Positions 7,844 through 17,797 of a stretch of 64,000 bases of DNA are shown one piece after another; positions within the stretch are counted from its first letter, which is position 1; every line of letters starts with the position of its first letter. The stretch covers positions 1-64,000 of the forward strand of contig JBHLRS010000011.1 in assembly GCA_048882325.1 (NCBI GenBank), in the 5' to 3' direction. The notes beneath the pieces were generated by a model that did not search any database, was not told the DNA's origin, and saw only the letters and a program-made list of their open reading frames with translations. Source of the stretch: Candidatus Thorarchaeota archaeon (GTDB lineage: Archaea; Asgardarchaeota; Thorarchaeia; Thorarchaeales; Thorarchaeaceae). A program made the position numbers and the translations under genes.

Positions 7844-9250
7844 TTAGATTCCTCCTAAGACTCCTGGGTTCATTATGTTGTTTGGGTCAATCGTGTTCTT
7901 GATAAGCTTCAAGAAGGTCATGTAGTTGTCCATGTCCTCGATGGCATCCTTCCAAAACTCTGCAAGTTTGAATGGGACCGCTCCCGATCTAAAGAGATTC
8001 TTCGCAATCTCCCCGTGCGCTTCCACTATCTTTTGCTCCTCTTCTTTGTCCTGTGAATCAAAGAATAGGTGTGGGTACATGTTCATTGAACTGTGACCTG
8101 TTTGAAACCCTGCAGTATGGCCTAAGAACTTGTACTTATCCATAATTTCCTCTATGATTTCTACAGACCTATGGGAATTCTTTGGGGTCTGATGATGATA
8201 GAGTGTCCGCCAATGCCATCCATGAGCGTATGATGCACGTGCAAAATTCCAAAGACGCCCCTGCCACTCCTGCTCTGGCATCTCTGGAACATTCAAAACT
8301 TTGCCCCCTAGTTTCTCGCAGATGCTTCGAGCGAGTTTCGCATCACTCTCAACTATATCTTCTCGAACACCTCCTATTGTCATCGATACTGTCCGAGGCG
8401 CGTGCTCAAAAGGTGGAAATCCAAGCTCCTCCGAAAGCATGTCCATGAACAGGTCAAGAACCTCTCCAGAATAAATTGAGGTGAAGAGACCGTTGATATC
8501 GTTCTGTTTTATCTCGACAAGAAACTGCTCTGCTTGTTCTACTTCTTCAAACCCGTACATGTTGTAATCAAAATACTTCACTCTCTTGTATGTCTTCACA
8601 GATACTTTTGTGATTATTCCGAAACTCCCACAAGATCCAATGAATAGACCAGTGAGGTCGGGTCCAAAAGCGTAACGAATGAATGGTCCTGGCGCATTTG
8701 GATTAGCTTCTGAACCAGTTTGAATTACCGTACCATCAGGCAAGACCACCTCAAGTCCAAGAACCATTTCCCCTGTGCTTCCATAAAGACTTGAGCCAGG
8801 TCCAGCTCCATTCACTGAAACATTGCCTGCTACGGTGCAGATGAGTGAAGACTCTGGATAGACAGGTAGGAAGAGGTCATGTTTTGACAGGAACTTATCC
8901 AATGCTCCATATGTGACTCCTGCGCCAACAGTCACAGAGCGAAGGTCTTCAAAAAGCTCAATCGTTTCTAGCCTCAGTACTTCAACAACAATGCCTCCCG
9001 GTTTCGGAATCGCCTCACCCTGGAGACTTGAGCCACCTGACCTTGGAGTCACTGGAATCTTGTGTTTGTTAGCTAGTGCTAGTATCTGGGAAACCTCAGA
9101 TGTGTTTGCTGGACGAACAACTGCAGCAGGTATCACCGGTTTTACTGCCATCGAAGCAGTCTGTGAATAGGCCAGCAACACATCTGGTCTTGTGGAAACA
9201 TATTCTTCACCAACTATCGCTTCTAGCCTCTTGATTACCTTCTTGTCCAT
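7844..9250 (-). CDS. FAD-binding oxidoreductase, GlcD/D-lactate dehydrogenase (VAO) family
   Basis: PRSGGSSL.G, GLEVVLPDG, DLTGLFIGS.G.FGIIT, IKNTIDPNNIMNPG. Confidence 0.9.
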   Translation of the reverse strand: MDKKVIKRLEAIVGEEYVSTRPDVLLAYSQTASMAVKPVIPAAVVRPANTSEVSQILALANKHKIPVTPRSGGSSLQGEAIPKPGGIVVEVLRLETIELFEDLRSVTVGAGVTYGALDKFLSKHDLFLPVYPESSLICTVAGNVSVNGAGPGSSLYGSTGEMVLGLEVVLPDGTVIQTGSEANPNAPGPFIRYAFGPDLTGLFIGSCGSFGIITKVSVKTYKRVKYFDYNMYGFEEVEQAEQFLVEIKQNDINGLFTSIYSGEVLDLFMDMLSEELGFPPFEHAPRTVSMTIGGVREDIVESDAKLARSICEKLGGKVLNVPEMPEQEWQGRLWNFARASYAHGWHWRTLYHHQTPKNSHRSVEIIEEIMDKYKFLGHTAGFQTGHSSMNMYPHLFFDSQDKEEEQKIVEAHGEIAKNLFRSGAVPFKLAEFWKDAIEDMDNYMTFLKLIKNTIDPNNIMNPGVLGGI

Positions 9251-9273
9251 TGCTACTCACTCTCTATAGAGTT

Positions 9274-9600
9274 TCAGAAAATATGCTTCAATTTCATTAG
9301 GTCCTTAGTGGACCCTTTCACCTTCAGCTTTCGTTTAAAGAGAGCCGCTGTAGCGCTCATTTCTTCAAGAAAGAGTTTGCGAATGGTTTCCTCATCACTC
9401 TGAATTTTCATGTCTGCATCTTTTAGTGGTCCTTCATGAAGAGTAATGGTGTTGCTCTTGACAATGAAGTGGAAAACTGATCCTTCCTTCAGGGTTAGTT
9501 GTGCTGTACGTTCCCATCCATCAATGGCTTCGATCGTCTTCTCTCGTTCAAGTCCAATAGCGAGTCTCTCTCGCATGAGTTCTAGTAAGTCTTGGGGCAT
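9274..9600 (-). CDS. SCP2 sterol/lipid-carrier domain protein
   Basis: EG...AD..I.......L....SAT.AL...KLKVKG pattern; ATG at 9600. Confidence 0.8.
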   Translation of the reverse strand: MPQDLLELMRERLAIGLEREKTIEAIDGWERTAQLTLKEGSVFHFIVKSNTITLHEGPLKDADMKIQSDEETIRKLFLEEMSATAALFKRKLKVKGSTKDLMKLKHIF

Positions 9601-9712
9601 CTCTAAGCACTCCAACGCTCACGTGCAGGCTCAGAGCTGGATTTAGTTGTTTCCTTTCTCAATTAATTATAGCCAATTCCTATTGACCATAGTATTTTAG
9701 TGCAACCTACTC

Positions 9713-10591
9713 TTGTTGCAACGGAATGGAGAGGAGTTACCAATCTTGACGAAATATGATTCAAACCTCATTGAAGGTCATTTCGACAAGGACCCTACAA
9801 AAGAATGGGAACGTTTGGATAATTCTCCAAAGGGAAAGGTCCAGTTTCACATTCACCAGCATTACCTTCAGAAATATATCAAGAGAGACTCTCGAGTACT
9901 TGAAGTTGGGTCTGGACCAGGTAGGTTCACTATCGAATTAGCAAAACTTGGAGCTAAAGTATCTGTAGCAGATATCTCTGGGGAGCAGCTTAGACTAAAT
10001 GAGGAAAAGGTCAAAGAAGCAGGGTTTGAAGACCAGATTGAGTGGAGAAAGAAATTAGACATCCTCAATCTAGAAGGAGTTCCTGACAACGAGTTTGATG
10101 CGACAGTTTGCTACGGTGGTCCACTCAGTTATGTCATGGATCTACTTGATACAGCTATCATAGAAACCATTAGAGTTACGAAACCTGGGGGAATTATTCT
10201 CTCAAGTGTGATGTCATGTCTGGGTTCTTTCCACCATTTTCTTAATGGTATTTTTGACGAATGGGAAGACGTTGGTCCGGACCTATATGATGAATGTTCG
10301 AAAACAGGTGATGTTATGGGCAAATTGGCTGGTAGCAGTGGTCATCATTGTCACATGTTCCGCTGGAGTGAATATAAGGAAACGCTCTCCAAGCATCCTG
10401 TTGAGATTCTAGAAGCTTCTGCGGCAAACTTCCTCTCAAATGGGTCGTTTAATGATGAATTCCTCACAAGTCTAATGGATGATGAAGAGAAGTGGAACAT
10501 GTTCTTGAAATGGGAACTTGACTTCTGCAGAGAGCCCGGTGCAATAGATGGCGGCACACACATGATTGCCATCCTGAGAAAACTTCCCTAA
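9713..10591 (+). CDS. Class I SAM-dependent methyltransferase
   Basis: VLEVGSGPGRF, DIS, FDATVCYGGPLSY, RVTKPGG; true start may be the TTG at 9746. Confidence 0.9.
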   Translation: MLQRNGEELPILTKYDSNLIEGHFDKDPTKEWERLDNSPKGKVQFHIHQHYLQKYIKRDSRVLEVGSGPGRFTIELAKLGAKVSVADISGEQLRLNEEKVKEAGFEDQIEWRKKLDILNLEGVPDNEFDATVCYGGPLSYVMDLLDTAIIETIRVTKPGGIILSSVMSCLGSFHHFLNGIFDEWEDVGPDLYDECSKTGDVMGKLAGSSGHHCHMFRWSEYKETLSKHPVEILEASAANFLSNGSFNDEFLTSLMDDEEKWNMFLKWELDFCREPGAIDGGTHMIAILRKLP

Positions 10592-11238
10592 TCTCTATGC
10601 TCTTTCACAATATCAAGAAACTTCTTTACATTTTCAGTGATTACTTCAAACCTACCCTCTTTGATTGCTTTCTTGTTAGTGATTGCCCCACCAACACCAA
10701 GAGCATAAGCTCCAGCTTCGAGCATTGGCCCTGCAGTTTCCAAGTTCACTCCTCCTGTTGGAACGAGTGGAATGTGTGGCAATGGGCCTCTGATTGCTTT
10801 AAGATATGACGCACCGCCGACAGTTCCACACGGGAATACCTTCACCGCATCCGCACCCATGGTGTATGCATCAAAAATCTCAGTGGGAGTAAGAGCGCCC
10901 GGAATGATTGGTTTTCCATGTTTGATTGCTGTTCCTATCAAATCTCTTGAGTAGTTCGGACTCACGATAAACTCGCTTCCCGCTTTAATTACTTCTTCAG
11001 CCATTTTTCCGTTAACAACAGTACCTGTTCCAATGAGTACCTTGTCCCCAATCTTGTCTACAAGCTGTTTGACTACTTCGACCGCTCCTGGTACGCTCAT
11101 CGTCACTTCGATGATACCAACCCCACCATCTAGAAAAGCATCTGCGACCTTGAATGCTATTTCTGCAGACTCGACGCGGATTATTGGAATAAGGCCCGTT
11201 TCATAGATGAGTTTCATTACTCTCTCCTTTGTCCACAT
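10588..11238 (-). CDS. eda: KDPG/KHG aldolase
   Basis: IEVT, IGTGTV, FIVSP, PGALTPTE, VKVFP, PTGGV. Confidence 0.92.
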   Translation of the reverse strand: MWTKERVMKLIYETGLIPIIRVESAEIAFKVADAFLDGGVGIIEVTMSVPGAVEVVKQLVDKIGDKVLIGTGTVVNGKMAEEVIKAGSEFIVSPNYSRDLIGTAIKHGKPIIPGALTPTEIFDAYTMGADAVKVFPCGTVGGASYLKAIRGPLPHIPLVPTGGVNLETAGPMLEAGAYALGVGGAITNKKAIKEGRFEVITENVKKFLDIVKEHRD

Positions 11239-11244
11239 CTCAAT

Positions 11245-12240
11245 TCACCTATCGATACGAAGCCCTCTTTCTCTACCTTTGATGAGTTTCTCAACCTCTG
11301 ACTTGTAGACGAATGCAAGATCTCCAGGTACAGAGTGCTTCAATGCAGAAAATGCTGACCCGAAATCAACAGCCTTCTGTAGATCTTTCAACTCTAAATA
11401 ACCATAGATGAAACCTGCGCTACAAGAGTCTCCTCCACCAAGCCTATCTACTACCTCAACATCATAAACAGGACTCCGGTAGACCTTACCATCTGAGTAA
11501 GCAAAGACTGACCACTTGTTCAACCAGACCGATAGGGTCTCTCTAAGTGTTATTACAACTACTTCGAATCCGAATTTGTCAATAAGTTTAGCAGCCACAT
11601 CTTCGTAGTCTTTCCCTTCAATTCCGTAGACAACCTTCGTGTCTTCTTCAGTTGTGATTAGGATATCAATGTACTCTGATGCAGTTTCTGTGAATTTCTG
11701 CGCTTCTTTTGGAGTCCACAGTTTACCTCGGTAGTTCACATCATAGGATACCTTAGCTCCTTGTTCTTTTGCCACCTTGAGGGCTTCATCAGTCACCTCT
11801 GCGCAGGTTCTACTCAGAGCAGGAGTGATCCCGCTCGTGTGAAATAACCTAGTTCCTGTCAAGATTTTCTTCCAGTCAACCTCACCAGATTTGATTTTAC
11901 TTATGGCTGACTCCTTCCGGTCATAGATGACCCGATTTGCTCTGGGAGCGGCGCCAAATTCGACAAAATACACTCCACAGCGACTGTCTGGATCCCAGAG
12001 AATATGAGATGTATCAACTCCGTGCTCTCGAGCCTTATTCCTGATGAAATGTCCGATAGAGTTGTTTCCCAGCTTGGTGACGTATGCAGAGTTCAACTCC
12101 AACCTTGCACAAGCAACTGCGACATTCATCTCAGCTCCACCAGCATGAGCATTGAAACTCTCTGTCTGTTCAAACCTCTTGAAGTTCGGAGGCGAGAGGC
12201 GAAGCATCACTTCTCCAAAGCTAACGACATCATAACCCAT
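11245..12240 (-). CDS. kdgK: 2-keto-3-deoxygluconate kinase (PfkB family)
   Basis: FGEVMLRLSPP, GGAE.NVA, VIYDR, SGITPALS, DVNYR.KLW, DRLGGGD, KHS..GD. Confidence 0.88.
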   Translation of the reverse strand: MGYDVVSFGEVMLRLSPPNFKRFEQTESFNAHAGGAEMNVAVACARLELNSAYVTKLGNNSIGHFIRNKAREHGVDTSHILWDPDSRCGVYFVEFGAAPRANRVIYDRKESAISKIKSGEVDWKKILTGTRLFHTSGITPALSRTCAEVTDEALKVAKEQGAKVSYDVNYRGKLWTPKEAQKFTETASEYIDILITTEEDTKVVYGIEGKDYEDVAAKLIDKFGFEVVVITLRETLSVWLNKWSVFAYSDGKVYRSPVYDVEVVDRLGGGDSCSAGFIYGYLELKDLQKAVDFGSAFSALKHSVPGDLAFVYKSEVEKLIKGRERGLRIDR

Positions 12241-12313
12241 TTCTCACAACTCAGTGTGGTTAACAAGTGCTACTCTCTTATGGAAATGTTAAATCTGTCG
12301 TTAAGAAGGAGCA

Positions 12314-14626
12314 TTACGAAAACTCAGTCCGTGCAATTACTTCATCTTGCACGAAGGGATCAAGTTCAATGAAGTATGCACTATACCCTGCTACTCTGAC
12401 TATGAGGTCGCGGTGTTTCATTGGGTTCGCTTTAGCGTCCTCAAGAATTTCCCTAGAAACCACATTATATTGCACATGGAATCCGCCCATTTCGAAATAT
12501 GCGTCCACCATGCCAATGAACTTCTTTCTTCTTGACTCAGTGTTAAAGAAGTCAGGGGTGAACTTCATGTTGTACAGTGTGCCATTGTAACACAGAGAAT
12601 GGTCTAATCTGGCAACCGACTTCATGGCCGCTGTGGGTCCATTGATGTCTCTATTCTGAGTGGGCGAAACTCCATCAGAGATCATGTATCCAGCTTTTCT
12701 CCCATCAGGAGTTGCCCCGAGTACTTCTCCCTGTGGGATGTACATTGATACAGAGAAGAGAGCTCCATGATATGGTCCATTCCTGGTTGTTATCCTGCTT
12801 TGAATTGATTCACAAAATGCTCTTCCGGTTTCTCTAGCGAGAAGATCCACACTCTCGATATCATTTCCAAACTTTCTTGGATCGTTCTCTAGTTTGATCC
12901 TTAATTCCTCATGTCCTTCAAAGTCAGCAGCGAGTACTCCAAGCATCTCATCCATTGTGATTTGCTTTTCCTCAAAGATATACTTGCGAAGTATCTCAAG
13001 TGAGTCAGCTACTATAGCTATTCCCACTCCCATTATTCCACCAGAGTTGTAGAATGCGCCTCCTTCTTGTAGTGTCTTTCCAGACTCATTGCAACCCTGG
13101 ATGAGCGATGATATCAAGGGTGTTGGAGTATTTTCTGCGAGGATGCCTGCTGCGACTCTGTCTGCATTCGTTAGCATTTCAACATTATAATCCAATTGTT
13201 CCTGAACTGCCAACCATAAGTCGTCAAATGATGTGAAATCGCGAGGGTCACCTGTTTCTCGACCTACCAGTTTGCCGGTCTTCGGATCTCTCCCATTGTT
13301 CAATGTGATCTCAAGTATTTTAGGTAGGTTGACGTATCCAATGTTCTGTCTCGGGTCTGACTTCCCACCAATAACCGGTTCAACGCAACCAAGAATCGAG
13401 TAGTCATGTGCTTCCGATGGGTCAGTGCCCTTCTCAATCATCATAGGGATTATTGCATCATCGTTGAAGAGACCTGGCATACCTAATCCCTTCGAGATGA
13501 CATCTACAACCTGCAGTTTAATTTCCTCAGGTGAGTTCCTGTGCCATCGAAACGAAACACTAGGTTGAGTGACTCGAATGTTACCTGTAGCTTCAAGGAC
13601 AAGTCTTGTGAGATCATTTGATGCATCAGTCCCATCAGCGTGTTGGCCACCAATTGTGAGGTTCTGAAACATTGGATGACCTGCAAATGCCACACTGTAG
13701 TATTCATTTCTTATTTTGATGATTGAGGTCAGTTTTACCCAGAGCAGCTCGATGAGTTCGATTAATACTTCCTTTGCTACACGTCCGCGCTTGATATCCA
13801 TTTCATAGTAGGGATACATGTATTGGTCAAACCGGCCTGTGGATATAGAGTGTCCATTGGATTCAGTCTGAATCAATAAGTGAACAAACCAGAATGCCTG
13901 AAGCGCTTCGTGGAATGACTCCGCAGGTTCAGCAGGTACTTTCTTACAGATTCTCGCAATCTCAATCAGCTCTTCTCTTCGCTGCTCACTGTCCTCATGC
14001 TTTGCTAGGTCAGTTGCTAGTTTCGAAAAGCGTTCTGCAAACCTGAGAACTGCAATCATCTCAGTCCTGACTGCATCGTAGTACTCTCCCTCACTATTCT
14101 CTATTTCATCTAGAATTCTTAAGATTCCCTTCTTCAGGACATTCTCATAATCAACGATAACGTGTCCAATCCCTGTTCCTGGAGCTCCTATTGTGAACAG
14201 CCCTGCCTTTGAGGCTTTGACTGACTCCTCTGGCATCATTTCTCCAGCAATTTCTGCTGTGCTCTTTCCTTCCCAGTACATGAAAACCTCCCTAAGGTTC
14301 TTCTTGTCTTGTTCACTGATTGAGAATCGTTCGGTTCTTCTCTTGTCAAACCTATCTAATTCCTCCTCAATCCATTTCCAGCTATACTCCGGGAACACCT
14401 GACAAGAACGAGGAGTGGGTCCCATGTTCCCAACAATCAGTTCCCCCGGTTCAATTCTGATTGTCATGTTGTCTAAGACATGTGCGAATGCACCTGCAAG
14501 TCGCGTCATTACTGGCTCTTGCTCATGTTCCTTAACATACTCAGTGAAGAGGACTGCTCTCTCTGATGATATCGTAGGCTCAGAATCAAGCATCAATTGC
14601 TTGAGCCGTTTACTCCGAGAAGTCAT
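12314..14626 (-). CDS. Glycyl radical enzyme, PFL2/diol-dehydratase-like
   Basis: Gly loop LIVRVAGYSAYF; single-Cys GCVEP; GHVIVDY; ESNGHSIS.GRFDQY. Confidence 0.92.
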   Translation of the reverse strand: MTSRSKRLKQLMLDSEPTISSERAVLFTEYVKEHEQEPVMTRLAGAFAHVLDNMTIRIEPGELIVGNMGPTPRSCQVFPEYSWKWIEEELDRFDKRRTERFSISEQDKKNLREVFMYWEGKSTAEIAGEMMPEESVKASKAGLFTIGAPGTGIGHVIVDYENVLKKGILRILDEIENSEGEYYDAVRTEMIAVLRFAERFSKLATDLAKHEDSEQRREELIEIARICKKVPAEPAESFHEALQAFWFVHLLIQTESNGHSISTGRFDQYMYPYYEMDIKRGRVAKEVLIELIELLWVKLTSIIKIRNEYYSVAFAGHPMFQNLTIGGQHADGTDASNDLTRLVLEATGNIRVTQPSVSFRWHRNSPEEIKLQVVDVISKGLGMPGLFNDDAIIPMMIEKGTDPSEAHDYSILGCVEPVIGGKSDPRQNIGYVNLPKILEITLNNGRDPKTGKLVGRETGDPRDFTSFDDLWLAVQEQLDYNVEMLTNADRVAAGILAENTPTPLISSLIQGCNESGKTLQEGGAFYNSGGIMGVGIAIVADSLEILRKYIFEEKQITMDEMLGVLAADFEGHEELRIKLENDPRKFGNDIESVDLLARETGRAFCESIQSRITTRNGPYHGALFSVSMYIPQGEVLGATPDGRKAGYMISDGVSPTQNRDINGPTAAMKSVARLDHSLCYNGTLYNMKFTPDFFNTESRRKKFIGMVDAYFEMGGFHVQYNVVSREILEDAKANPMKHRDLIVRVAGYSAYFIELDPFVQDEVIARTEFS

Positions 14627-14675
14627 CTCAAAACTTACTGTTTTTTCTGTACATTACTTTTCGCATCTGACACTC

Positions 14676-15845
14676 CTAGTTGAGCAATCTTGGCAGATAA
14701 TCATCAAGAATACCAAGTGCCTCATTGATCCTTTCTGTTGAAACAGCATAGCAGAGCCTGATAAAGCCCTCTCCAAACTGTCCAAAGGCTGTCCCGTGAG
14801 CCGTCACTACACCTGTTTCATTAATGAGTTTCTTTACAAGGTCGTAGGATTTCATCCCATAAGCTGATACATCTGGGAATGCATAGAATGCGCCCCCCGG
14901 CGGTTGTATGTCTACACCTTCAATTGCGCTTAGTCCCTTTGTTATTAGGTCACGCCTTTTCCGGAAGGTCTTGAGCATGTCGATAACACAACGTTGCGGA
15001 CCGATAGCTGCAGCACCTGCTGCTTTCTGTGCTATCGTTGTCGGCATAGCTATTACGTGTTCTTGGAGCTTCGTCATTGCTCCAATGATCTTACTGGATC
15101 CAGTAGAAGCGGCAATACGCCATCCTGTCATCGCATATGTTTTCGAGAGGGAAAAGATAGATACAGTCCTTTCCTTCATGCCTGGAATTGAACCAATGAA
15201 CTTCGGTTTTTCAGCCACATATCTGAACTTTTCGTAAGCCTCGTCAGCAATCACATAAATGTCCTTCTCGATACATAAATCTGCAATACGTTTCAATTCC
15301 TTGTTTGAAATGACGCCTCCGGTGGGATTGTTTGGTGAATTAAGAACTATCATCTTCGTTCTTGGTGTGATTTTCTCTTCAACGTCCTCAGCTGTGAGAC
15401 CAAAACCGTGTTCTTTCTTCAGTTGAATCGGAACAGGAACTCCCTGTGCAAGTTTGACGTGTGCATAATGACTCACGAATCCTGGATTCGGGTAGATTAC
15501 CTCATCACCTGGATTTACGATTACCAAGTTTGCTAGCATGAGCGCTCCCATCCCCCCAGCTGTAAGTATGATTTCGGTTTCAGGGTCTGCAACAATTCTG
15601 TTATCGCGTTTCAATTTCTGTGCCAGAGACTCTCTGACATCCATATACCCTGCGTTATGTGTGTAAGTTGTGAATCCCTCATCAATAGCTTCCTTTGCAG
15701 CATCTTTGATGTGTTTAGGTGTGTCAAAATCAGGGATACCAACAGTCATATCGAGAACGTCTGTTCTACCAATAATCTTGTTGTAAATTTCACGGACCTG
15801 GCTAGCGGGAACATCCAAATTTCTCTCTGCAAGCAAATTGATCAC
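14676..15845 (-). CDS. PLP-dependent class I/II (aspartate-type) aminotransferase
   Basis: G.PDFDTP, NSPNNPTG, DEAY, SLSKTYAMTGWR, GAFYAFP. Confidence 0.92.
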   Translation of the reverse strand: MINLLAERNLDVPASQVREIYNKIIGRTDVLDMTVGIPDFDTPKHIKDAAKEAIDEGFTTYTHNAGYMDVRESLAQKLKRDNRIVADPETEIILTAGGMGALMLANLVIVNPGDEVIYPNPGFVSHYAHVKLAQGVPVPIQLKKEHGFGLTAEDVEEKITPRTKMIVLNSPNNPTGGVISNKELKRIADLCIEKDIYVIADEAYEKFRYVAEKPKFIGSIPGMKERTVSIFSLSKTYAMTGWRIAASTGSSKIIGAMTKLQEHVIAMPTTIAQKAAGAAAIGPQRCVIDMLKTFRKRRDLITKGLSAIEGVDIQPPGGAFYAFPDVSAYGMKSYDLVKKLINETGVVTAHGTAFGQFGEGFIRLCYAVSTERINEALGILDDYLPRLLN

Positions 15846-16130
15846 CTATCTGAACGAACGAGGATATTCCCAGTTTATATAACCTATCGAATAGCCCTCT
15901 TTCATTTTAAAATCAAAAACCTTTCAATGCTCCATTAAAGGAATTTCATGGGAATGTTGAAGTAGTTCTTGAAGAAAGAACACTAACCGAGAGAGTCAAG
16001 CACTTTGGGAATTATAAGGCACAACCACAAACAAAAGGGCTGCTTGATAAGAGAGCAATATCCGCAATGAGAAACCTAATCAACATATACGCAAAGAAAG
16101 CAAAGTCTAGCTAGTTGGAGATACAGAAAA

Positions 16131-16601
16131 ATGGATGAACCGTCTGCTAAAGATGTTAGAAGTTTTGGAATGTCATCTGTAGCTGCTGCTCATACAGTCT
16201 ATGTGGAAGCAGTCAGGAAGAAATTCGGAAAACCAGGTCTTGAAGCTCTAGCAAAAGCTAACCGATTATATGGCCTAGAGCTCGGACAACAAGGTGTGAA
16301 AGATGGTAGGCTCATAAAAGGTGACCTGAAATCCATCTATGAATTCTTTGCTGCAGCTCGTCCCTACTCTGGTTTCGAATTGGAACTAGTCGACGTGACT
16401 GATAGGCTAATCGATGTAAAGGTGACTGGTTGCCCTTGGATAGACACATTCAGGTCAAAAGGTGCAAATGAAGATATTTGTCACTGGGTTACCAAGATTG
16501 ATGAAGGAATCGGTCAAGCAGTAGACGCCTCTTTATCTATGAAAATCCCAAAATGCATGATGCAGGGTGATGACCACTGTATCTATCGTTGGGAGAAGTA
16601 A
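16131..16601 (+). CDS. ATC-hydrolase/V4R-like Cys-containing small-ligand binding protein
   Basis: VTGCPW...IC...D......KCMMQGDDHC. Confidence 0.7.
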   Translation: MDEPSAKDVRSFGMSSVAAAHTVYVEAVRKKFGKPGLEALAKANRLYGLELGQQGVKDGRLIKGDLKSIYEFFAAARPYSGFELELVDVTDRLIDVKVTGCPWIDTFRSKGANEDICHWVTKIDEGIGQAVDASLSMKIPKCMMQGDDHCIYRWEK

Positions 16602-16669
16602 TGTGGTCTATGATACAATTACTAAACCAAGATGACGCTCACAGAGAAAAACCCATCCCACGATGAGGT

Positions 16670-17797
16670 CTATTTGAGGGGATACACACCTCTTATTGTA
16701 GCATAATCATATAACTCAAGGATCTTCTCTGGTGTGGATTCTGGTTGTATATTATGTGCAGGAGCGAGAATGTATCCACCACCTGGTGCCAGTGCAGAAA
16801 TCCGTGTGTCAACCTCTGTGCGTACATCTTCCACTGTGCCCTGTGCAGACATAGCATGCTGAAGGTCAATACCTCCATGAAACGACAGTCTGGTTCCGTA
16901 CTTTCTCTTAAGTTCAGCTGAATTCATGCCCTTTGCCAATGGTTGGATTGGATTCAGAATGTCTACATCCACTTCAATTAAGTCTTCTATTAATTGCTCA
17001 ACTGCTCCACACGAATGAAAGAGAATCTTAACATGTGGTGCCCTTTTATGTATATCACTGTAGATCTTCTTGTGTCGGTGTTTTACTAGGCTTCTATATA
17101 TTCTTGGATTGATGATGAGTCCATCTTGATGACCAAGATCGTCTCCGACCTGTACAATGTCCAAGAATTCTCCTACTTCATCAAGAAAAACCCGATTCAT
17201 CTCCAAAGCAAGTACCATACTTTTTTCCAACATTGCCTCAGTGAGGTCAGGCCGTCGCAGCAAGTCAACGAGGAACTTGTGGAAACCTCTCATATAATGA
17301 GCGACTACCTCGGTGACTCCCCAAGGTCCTCCCACCATACCCACAACTGCATAGTCAGTCTCTTCGTGGAGATACCTAGCCCATTTCCTAACTCCATCCA
17401 TTCTAGAAGGATCATCCGCATCTATCCATTGGAACTCTTCAACCTGTTCGACTTCAGTGAACTCTGCCCATGGATAATATGTAACCTCCTCATATCCGCC
17501 AATCATTTTCAACCCGCATTTGAACTCGGTTTCAATAGAACCATCCGGGAGTGGTTGAGGTTTAAAGGAGGCTGCGGTTTTCATGTAGACCCGTCTAAAA
17601 TCCACATTGAGTCGTTTCAGCAAGTCTTCTGATGTTTTCCATGAAGACATAATCCCCCATTCTTGCGTTTCTGGAGCGGTGATTCCCAGATAGTTTCTCA
17701 GATTCTCATATGCTTGAGGTGTAGTCCAATAATCCAACGGGACGCGGTCTGGTTCTTCATGATTCACAGCTGCATGGAATCTCTCTCTCGGTTTCAT
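16670..17797 (-). CDS. Uroporphyrinogen decarboxylase/MtaA-CmuA superfamily protein
   Basis: M.PRERF.AA..HEEPDRVP, GDDLG.Q, FHSCG, LNPIQP, FHGGID.Q, GGGYILAPAHNIQ. Confidence 0.85.
   Translation of the reverse strand: MKPRERFHAAVNHEEPDRVPLDYWTTPQAYENLRNYLGITAPETQEWGIMSSWKTSEDLLKRLNVDFRRVYMKTAASFKPQPLPDGSIETEFKCGLKMIGGYEEVTYYPWAEFTEVEQVEEFQWIDADDPSRMDGVRKWARYLHEETDYAVVGMVGGPWGVTEVVAHYMRGFHKFLVDLLRRPDLTEAMLEKSMVLALEMNRVFLDEVGEFLDIVQVGDDLGHQDGLIINPRIYRSLVKHRHKKIYSDIHKRAPHVKILFHSCGAVEQLIEDLIEVDVDILNPIQPLAKGMNSAELKRKYGTRLSFHGGIDLQHAMSAQGTVEDVRTEVDTRISALAPGGGYILAPAHNIQPESTPEKILELYDYATIRGVYPLK

Noticed and set aside
12314-14626. Calling the GRE pyruvate formate-lyase, CutC or HypD
   Set aside because: Single Cys (no CC) excludes PFL; surrounding motifs resemble diol dehydratases more than my recollection of CutC or HypD
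17126-17632. Long antisense ORFs (e.g. 17126-17632, 36996-37496, 43830-44303, 60056-60556, 62844-63368)
   Set aside because: They shadow well-supported genes on the opposite strand and lack protein motifs
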